Part shown: positions 26,296 to 32,000 of the stretch, one piece after another
How the letters are laid out: every line of letters starts with the position of its first letter
Numbering within the stretch: position 1 is the stretch's first letter
Assembly (NCBI GenBank): GCA_963675915.1
Contig: OY780959.1
Location: 960,001 to 992,000, forward strand
Length of the DNA stretch: 32,000 nucleotides
From: Coprobacillaceae bacterium
GTDB lineage: Bacteria; Bacillota_I; Bacilli_A; Erysipelotrichales; Coprobacillaceae
Reading direction: 5' to 3'
Translations under genes and position numbers: made by a program
The notes under the pieces: generated by a model
Told to the model about the DNA's origin: nothing
Seen by the model: the letters and a program-made list of their open reading frames with translations, nothing else
The model's database searches: none

Positions 26296-27546
26296 TTAAT
26301 TGAATTCCTTTTTCTCAATTGAAAATCCCAAAATATACATCGACATCCAAAGGACGCAGAAGTCATAATCAGGAACTGCAATTATCTGACAAATCAAGAC
26401 GCCAATAAAAAACCAGGCCGCCCCGACCAGCATGGCCGAGTTGGTCTTGGCTACCAGATAGGAGACATTCTTTTTGACCAGCAAGCCAAAGGCCCCAAAG
26501 CCAAGCACCCCCTGTTCCGAGAGCAGTGTCAAAAAGAAACTGCTGGCGCGGGAGCTCTTGTAGCCAATCCCAAACAAGGGTGATCTGACAATTGCTTCAA
26601 TCGCCTTAGTGTTCCAAGAAGCCCGTTCCCAGGCGGATCCGGTTCGCCACTTGTTCGCAATCACACTGCTAAAATTGCCGCTGGCAATAATTATCAGCAA
26701 TCCGACGATTCCAATCGGGAGCAGCTTTTTCAAGAGGGTGAAATTTCTTCCGATGATAAAGAAGAAAAAACCACAAACCGCAACGGTAACGTATGCCGTG
26801 GTGCTCCTAGTCAGGATAATGGCCAACCCGATAATGCATATTCTGATAAAACCGAACTTGATTTTTTCATAATTGTTGCAGACATAAAAGAAAGCCCCCA
26901 CCAAGAAAGCACCACAATACGATGGTTCCATAAAAGTGGAGAACAGCCGGATTTTTGTCGTTGAGTAATAAGCCAGACTGCCGCCGATTGTATCGCTGTA
27001 AAAAAGGGTTGCGATAAGGTTGTCTCTGGGGATTTCCAGAATGAATATCAGCAACTGGACCGCCCCCATCACAATGACAAAGTCAATGATGGCAACGATG
27101 ATGCGCTGGAGTCTTGCCTCGCTGATTTGCGAGCGGCTTTTTAAAATCACGTTAAAGCAAATTAGATAAATGATGATCAGTCCCAGATACAAGATTGTTC
27201 TGGCACTTAGCGTGGCCGGGTTGGCCAGCAAAGATATCAGGATGGCGCCAATCATCAAAATACTGATGACTCCATATGATTTGGTTGCGTTTTTCCCTAA
27301 ACTTTTCAATTTGAACTTCTTTTGTGAGATGACATTCACCAGCTCTTGGTAGTGGTAAACCAGGTATCTGAAAATATAAACCAATGATGTGACCGCGAAG
27401 GGACCAACACCTCGGCCGGCGATAACCAGCACATTCTCACTTTGTAATACTCCTGAAAAAAGCAGAAGCATAACAAGATAATCATCTTTTTCCCTTAAAA
27501 AGGCAGCCACCAAGGCAACTAGCCAAATTGCTCCAAATAAAGTCAT
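26296..27546 (-). CDS. O-antigen ligase/polymerase-like (Wzy-type) membrane protein
   Basis: About 11-12 TM helices and AT-rich coding. RLFSTFMEPSYCGAFLVGAFF matches the Wzy_C/O-antigen-ligase loop signature (R..G.f.nPN). Confidence 0.7.
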   Translation of the reverse strand: MTLFGAIWLVALVAAFLREKDDYLVMLLLFSGVLQSENVLVIAGRGVGPFAVTSLVYIFRYLVYHYQELVNVISQKKFKLKSLGKNATKSYGVISILMIGAILISLLANPATLSARTILYLGLIIIYLICFNVILKSRSQISEARLQRIIVAIIDFVIVMGAVQLLIFILEIPRDNLIATLFYSDTIGGSLAYYSTTKIRLFSTFMEPSYCGAFLVGAFFYVCNNYEKIKFGFIRICIIGLAIILTRSTTAYVTVAVCGFFFFIIGRNFTLLKKLLPIGIVGLLIIIASGNFSSVIANKWRTGSAWERASWNTKAIEAIVRSPLFGIGYKSSRASSFFLTLLSEQGVLGFGAFGLLVKKNVSYLVAKTNSAMLVGAAWFFIGVLICQIIAVPDYDFCVLWMSMYILGFSIEKKEFN

Positions 27547-27658
27547 CCTTTCACCCCCCCTGACCTCAACTTAAAATTGAACGATTCAATCTTTATTTAT
27601 CTTTTTTTCAACACCCGCGTCCTTGTTGATTTAACTAACTGAGCGGAAGCGCTAAAAC

Positions 27659-28762
27659 TCAGCCCTTGATTTGTCGATATAAGTCCAGGTAATCCTGAGC
27701 TAGTTGCTTGGCATTTCTTTTGATATCATATCTTTCAATCTTGGCTTGATGGGAACTGTAAAAATCCTCGCGGTTTTCAGTTTCACTGGCCAAGATGGCC
27801 TCGCTCCATTTGGAAACATCTTCAGCCAAGTCGAGAAAAACAATCCGCTCACCAAGCGCAACCTCTTGAGGAACTCCGGTTGTGGTCACTACCGGCAGCC
27901 CATTGATTTGAGCCTCGAGGAATACTATTCCCAACCCTTCAAACCGGGTCGGCAGGACAAATACATCGAATCCGTTGTAAAGATCCTCAACCTTATCAGT
28001 GACCCCGTAATAGATTATCCGATCCTGATAAGGGTGCTTGGCAATCAATTCCTGGATTTTTCCCAAATCCGGACCGTCACCTACCAAGATCAACCAGGCA
28101 TCCGCTCTTTGCGCTGCCACCGCTTCGAAAACCTTAAGCAGATAAGGATGGTTTTTTTGATAATTGAAGCGGGCCACGGTACCAATCACAAACTTGTCAT
28201 TCAAACCGAGCTCCTCTTTTAGCTGGGCTCTTTTGGCGCTGTTGAAAATATATTTACTAGTCTCAAACCCGTTAGGAAGCACCGTGAAAGGCTGATCTTG
28301 AAAAAGCCAGCGCCCGGCCAACTCGCTGCAGGCAAAGCCCTTGGTATAGAGTTTCTTGAAAAGCGGCAGCAAGAGCTGATGAACTTTCAGATTGTCACAA
28401 GTGCTATTATGACAATGGGCAATCCTAATCCGGGTTCCCGCCAATTTTGCCAATAACAATTCCACAGTGATTGTGGCACTGTTGCCATGGACATGGACAA
28501 TATCAAATCTTTCTTTGATCAGATTCTTGGCCATATTGAGGTAATACTTAGCCGATGAGCTGGTCTTCTCCGGCAATTCGATTACCCGCACCCCGTGATC
28601 GCCAAGTAATTGTTTATAGACATCCAAGACTGGTTTTCCCGCAAGCACCACTATTTCGAAGGCATCCCGGTCCAAGTTCAGGCTATAGTTGAGAATCACA
28701 TTGGTGATGCCATTAGCCGGCAGATTCTTGGTCAAATACCCGATTTTGATTTTTCTTGCCAT
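27659..28762 (-). CDS. glycosyltransferase family 4 (GT-B, Glycos_transf_1)
   Basis: GITNVILNY lies in the N-domain. The C-domain has FVLPTRFEGLGIVFLEAQINGLPVV, the E-x7-E motif. Confidence 0.85.
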   Translation of the reverse strand: MARKIKIGYLTKNLPANGITNVILNYSLNLDRDAFEIVVLAGKPVLDVYKQLLGDHGVRVIELPEKTSSSAKYYLNMAKNLIKERFDIVHVHGNSATITVELLLAKLAGTRIRIAHCHNSTCDNLKVHQLLLPLFKKLYTKGFACSELAGRWLFQDQPFTVLPNGFETSKYIFNSAKRAQLKEELGLNDKFVIGTVARFNYQKNHPYLLKVFEAVAAQRADAWLILVGDGPDLGKIQELIAKHPYQDRIIYYGVTDKVEDLYNGFDVFVLPTRFEGLGIVFLEAQINGLPVVTTTGVPQEVALGERIVFLDLAEDVSKWSEAILASETENREDFYSSHQAKIERYDIKRNAKQLAQDYLDLYRQIKG

Positions 28763-28765
28763 AGC

Positions 28766-29251
28766 TTAGCCGTTGTCCTCTTCAATGAATTCTTCAAGAC
28801 TGTCCAGGATTCGCTGGGTATTGCTTTGATAGTGGTTGAATTCGGTTTTTTTGGCATATTCGATCATCTCCCCCAGATTGTCGCAGTCCATGCAACTGCA
28901 GATCAAGTGCGAATTTTCAAATTGGGCGATTATTTGCAGTTGATGATCGTCCACATGTTCTCCGTATTTGGGTAGCCTTGGGATGGCGATGACTTTTTTA
29001 TTTTTTTTGACCGCTCCGATGATGGAACCTGTTCCACCATGGGTAATCACAATATCGGACCTTCCCATCCGCTCAGCGAAATCCGCCCGGTCAAGATGGT
29101 GCTCATATTCGAAATTCTTCGGCAAATAATCGCTATATCCGGTTTGTGCAAACACTTGATCGGTTATTACTCCGGATTCAACCAAATTATCCACTGCTTT
29201 AAGAAGCCGGTTGAATTGAAACTTTTGTGATCCCAAAGATATGAAAATCAT
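28766..29251 (-). CDS. PssE/Cps14G-type (Alg13-like) glycosyltransferase catalytic subunit
   Basis: MIFISLGSQKFQFNRLL and DIVITHGGTGSIIGAVKKNKKVIAIPR match the Glyco_tran_28_C / Cps14G pattern. The stop lies 4 nt before the next ATG. Confidence 0.8.
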   Translation of the reverse strand: MIFISLGSQKFQFNRLLKAVDNLVESGVITDQVFAQTGYSDYLPKNFEYEHHLDRADFAERMGRSDIVITHGGTGSIIGAVKKNKKVIAIPRLPKYGEHVDDHQLQIIAQFENSHLICSCMDCDNLGEMIEYAKKTEFNHYQSNTQRILDSLEEFIEEDNG

Positions 29252-29331
29252 AGATTACCCCCAATGTCCTGTAAATGACTGGCTGTCTAAATTACAGGAA
29301 CCATTTTTTTCTCTTTTAAAAAACACTGAAA

Positions 29332-29811
29332 TTAATAAATACCACCTAAGAAAATGGCATCCGGATAGATTGCCAACATCGGTTTCCACTGCACATAGAA
29401 ACGATCGGCAAATTTGTACAGCAATTTCCCGGTTCGCGTCGGTGACGAAACTTTCGCAAACGACTCAATATAAATTAGTTTTTTACCAAACATTTTGGCC
29501 AGCAGACACATTGGAATCGTGGCCAGAACCCCGGTCGTGACTACGACATCCGGCATTTCTTTGACAAAAATGTAAAAAGACCGAAATGTATTGAACAACA
29601 TTTTTACCAGAACCAGCAGTTCTTTGCGGTTGATCTGTTTTAAATAGTACATTTTTTCAACATCAGCTGATATTTTATAACAGGTCTTCTCGGTCACGAC
29701 AAAACTGTCGTACTTCTTCATCAGCGGCTTGAGCATCAACAATTGTTCAAAATGGCCGCCTGATGAGGCAATAAAGCACACTTTTTTTCTTTTCTTTATC
29801 TTATCTTTCAT
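29332..29811 (-). CDS. PssD/Cps14F-type (Alg14-like) glycosyltransferase membrane subunit
   Basis: KKVCFIASSGGHFEQLLML and IYIESFAKVSSPTRTGKLLY match the Alg14/Cps14F pattern. AAGGAGGA SD. It is immediately upstream of the Cps14G-like partner. Confidence 0.8.
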   Translation of the reverse strand: MKDKIKKRKKVCFIASSGGHFEQLLMLKPLMKKYDSFVVTEKTCYKISADVEKMYYLKQINRKELLVLVKMLFNTFRSFYIFVKEMPDVVVTTGVLATIPMCLLAKMFGKKLIYIESFAKVSSPTRTGKLLYKFADRFYVQWKPMLAIYPDAIFLGGIY

Positions 29812-29951
29812 CTCTTTTTATCCTCCTTTTGACATGAACATCCAAGATTTCTTTTCGAAATAAAGGAAGATATACTTATTATCCCAACAATCAAATCAGT
29901 CAGCCCTGATTATGCTCTTAGCCTTCTTGATTGTGGTTAAGCAGTTGCCCC

Positions 29952-30917
29952 TTAACGTTCTAGCGGGGTGAATTTGCTTATTTCCCTTTTGACGATCCTG
30001 CTCAATTTCAATTTCAACAAAATGCGATATGCCGCCATGTCAAAATACCTGAGTCTGATCAAAAACCTGACAATCCGGTTTGACTCGTCTCCGGTTTTGA
30101 TAAAATACTTGATTTCCCGTTTGGTAAAAAAAGTCTTGGGATAAGTCGAATCGGCCAATTCTTTCTTATAAAAGTTCAGTGCGTCTTTACGCAAAGCGGT
30201 TGAGACCGGACTTTGGGACTTGGTGGTCGAGATGCCACCCAAGCGGTAAAAAATACCGTCGATGTCATAGGCAGTTTGAATTGCGATGCCATTGCGGTTG
30301 CACTTCGCAAAAAAAGGGCCGTCTTCCCAGTAAACATAATCCTCATCAAAGTACCCAAGCTGCTTGAGGACTGAGTTTTCGACACAGATAGCGCTTCCAC
30401 TCGCCATTTCAAAATATTTCCCCGTAATCAAAGAGCAGTACTGCTTTTGTGGAGAATCATGTTTATTCAGTTTTTCATAATAAGCCGGACACGGCATTCT
30501 TCGAATCTGGCGCTCATCATTGGTCAACTGGATCCGGCTGTATGAAAGGATAGCAGCGCCGGTTGCTTTCATCCGGCTGGCAATGTCGCCCACAACGTCT
30601 TCATTTACAAAAACATCACCCATGCTTAGCAAGATAATGTATTTACCCTGGGCTTTTTTACAGGCACTGTTCAGGTTTTTGACAGTTCCCATGTTCTTTT
30701 CATGGTGAATGACCTTGACACTCTCGATGTTCGGGTTGCGGTATTTATCAATAACCGCATTAACTGAATTTTCATCAAAATTTGCTGAACCGTCATCACA
30801 AACAAGATATTCGATTCGAGGATGGTTCTGGCTCAGCGCTGATTTGACAGTCTGATCCAAAGCATCAAAATTCCGATAGGTCATGGTGATGATAGAGATT
30901 AAATCACAATCGTTCAT
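29952..30917 (-). CDS. glycosyltransferase family 2
   Basis: ISIITMTYRNFDALDQTV and YLVCDDGSANFDE show the GT-A fold and DxD pattern. GAGGAGGA SD 4 nt upstream. Confidence 0.85.
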   Translation of the reverse strand: MNDCDLISIITMTYRNFDALDQTVKSALSQNHPRIEYLVCDDGSANFDENSVNAVIDKYRNPNIESVKVIHHEKNMGTVKNLNSACKKAQGKYIILLSMGDVFVNEDVVGDIASRMKATGAAILSYSRIQLTNDERQIRRMPCPAYYEKLNKHDSPQKQYCSLITGKYFEMASGSAICVENSVLKQLGYFDEDYVYWEDGPFFAKCNRNGIAIQTAYDIDGIFYRLGGISTTKSQSPVSTALRKDALNFYKKELADSTYPKTFFTKREIKYFIKTGDESNRIVRFLIRLRYFDMAAYRILLKLKLSRIVKREISKFTPLER

Positions 30918-31051
30918 AGTTCCTCCTCGCCAATCTTGGATCGGGTTACCACCCCCTTATTTGACTCTCAATGACCGGGAGTCTTCAAGCGGTATTGATA
31001 TTATCAAGATGATGGTCACCTATTTCAAAATTGACAAATGTACACCATTTA

Positions 31052-31080
31052 ATTATACAAAATCAGGGGGTCAAAAACAA
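31052..31080 (-). promoter_or_regulatory. candidate internal promoter of the polysaccharide cluster
   Basis: The minus strand reads TTGTTT - 17 nt - TATAAT, ~135 nt upstream of ATG 30917, inside a 450-nt non-coding gap. Confidence 0.4.
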
Positions 31081-31367
31081 GTTTTTACTACGATATTTAT
31101 GATTCTTTCCCTAAGCGTCAAATCGACCTTGACTGTCAATTAAATCCCCTGCCAGCTTCTGGGGCTGGCCATGATTTGTGATAATCTTGCCATTTGGGAC
31201 CCGATTTGCCCAAATCGGGCTACCTGGCTTAACGAAATAACTTGATAGGCGCAGTCATTTTCGGTTTTTCTAAAATAAAAAGAAGGAATTTCCCGGATGC
31301 GACAATTCCGGTAAATTCCTTCAACAAGATCCAAAACCAAACCCTCAGGGCCAAACTAGCGCTGTTA

Positions 31368-32000
31368 CTAGCGGTTGGCCAGTCGGGCTTTGAAACTGGC
31401 AGCTACAAACAATTTTCTTGCCACAAATCCGATTGCCATCAGCGAATGGAGCCTTAACCGCTCCTTGAAATTAAGTAGATCATAATTGCTTAACAAGCCA
31501 ATTATATCGGTTTGGTACTCGCAGCTATGGTTGATGTATTTTGCATATTTAACATCAGCCAGGGTCTCGCGCTGCTTGAACAAGTAGATTAGCGGCAGCG
31601 AGTAACGCGACAAGGTGCTAAACAGATAGCCACCGCTTTCGAGCAAATCCTGCATCAGCAGCATTTCCAACAAATAGAGCTCGATGGTATCGGCGCTGGA
31701 CATGATGCTTACTGGCCGTTGGCGATAGCCAAAAGCATTAATCGGCAGGTATTTGATCTTGCCGGATTTCAGGATTGAAAAGATCAAAGCCGTATCGTCG
31801 CAGAAATTTCTGGTCAGATTGGCAGTGACACTGCTTCTAAAGACAAAGCAGGTGATATGGACATAATATCGGCTCCAAAAAAGCGCATTGGTAGCCAGCT
31901 GATAGTTTTTGGGAATCACCTTTTCGCCACTGTCCCAAAATTTCTGGTAATTGGTATAACAACCGCTATAAGCAGGTTCCTGTTCCAAAAAATCCAGCTG
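31368..32000 (-). CDS. glycosyltransferase family 2-like protein, C-terminal part (5' end outside window)
   Basis: The frame is open to the window edge (..QLDFLEQEPAYSG..), and the listed start at 31988 is a TTG. FVFRSS..CDDTALIFSILKSGKIKYLPINAFGYRQRPVSIMSS resembles the acceptor-side half of EpsJ/CpsJ-type GT2 enzymes. Confidence 0.55.
   Translation of the reverse strand, partial: QLDFLEQEPAYSGCYTNYQKFWDSGEKVIPKNYQLATNALFWSRYYVHITCFVFRSSVTANLTRNFCDDTALIFSILKSGKIKYLPINAFGYRQRPVSIMSSADTIELYLLEMLLMQDLLESGGYLFSTLSRYSLPLIYLFKQRETLADVKYAKYINHSCEYQTDIIGLLSNYDLLNFKERLRLHSLMAIGFVARKLFVAASFKARLANR

Noticed and set aside
29266-29296. Hairpin CCTGTAA-N17-TTACAGG in the 80-nt spacer between the Cps14F-like and Cps14G-like genes.
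   Set aside because: On the gene (minus) strand no U-run follows, and the two genes must be co-expressed as a split enzyme. The T-run lies only on the non-coding strand. It is probably incidental or a minor mRNA structure.
31140-31340. 66-codon minus-strand ORF (and the overlapping plus ORF 31242..31457) in the 450-nt gap of the polysaccharide cluster.
   Set aside because: It is TTG-initiated with a GAGGG only 1 nt from the start (unusable spacing), has no recognisable motifs, and overlaps an equally unconvincing ORF on the other strand.
1-32000. Search for CRISPR arrays, tRNA/rRNA genes, transposases, integrases, phage structural genes and toxin-antitoxin pairs.
   Set aside because: No regularly spaced direct repeats, no cloverleaf-like or rRNA-like stretches, and no DDE/tyrosine-recombinase-like ORFs were recognised in any frame. 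This was by-eye inspection only; tRNAscan/Infernal would be definitive.

Overview
This is a 32-kb chromosomal segment of a moderate-GC, Gram-positive (Bacillota-like) genome, judged from an LtaS-family gene, an LCP gene, strong AGGAGG-type Shine-Dalgarno sites and hairpin+T-run terminators. About 29 genes are present and 25 lie on the minus strand. The left third (1-10.4 kb) holds envelope and housekeeping genes: an LtaS-family fragment, an acyltransferase-3, a PHP histidinol phosphatase, an MFS transporter, a sugar nucleotidyltransferase and VanZ. Interspersed are two orphan nuclease-superfamily genes and a tandem-USP gene. One nuclease gene encodes a membrane-anchored NERD protein whose catalytic motif looks degenerate. 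The other encodes a 655-aa DUF2779 protein with a PD-(D/E)xK + Cys-cluster half and a DnaQ-like half. The middle (10.7-13.5 kb) is a decayed sugar-utilisation locus of three consecutive pseudogenes: a frameshifted GH43, a 5'-truncated PTS EIIC, and a 5'-truncated and frameshifted AraC regulator. The last two meet at a head-to-head deletion scar. The most interesting unit is at 13.6-17.9 kb: a translationally coupled operon of an SbcD-like phosphoesterase, an SbcC/Rad50-like ATPase, and the RNA 2'-phosphotransferase KptA/Tpt1. The ATPase has a two-helix membrane hairpin at its coiled-coil apex instead of a zinc hook. An MFS exporter, a second tandem-USP paralogue and a thioesterase follow. The right third (21.3-32 kb) carries rmlB-rmlA and a cell-wall/exopolysaccharide cluster that runs off the window (LCP, GT2, Wzy-like, GT4, an Alg14/Alg13-like split GT pair, two more GT2). 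I recognised no rRNA, tRNA, CRISPR array, transposase or integrase. A strand-specific octamer (GGCAACTG on the gene strand) recurs in non-coding spacers. All family assignments rest on by-eye motif recognition; no searches were run.
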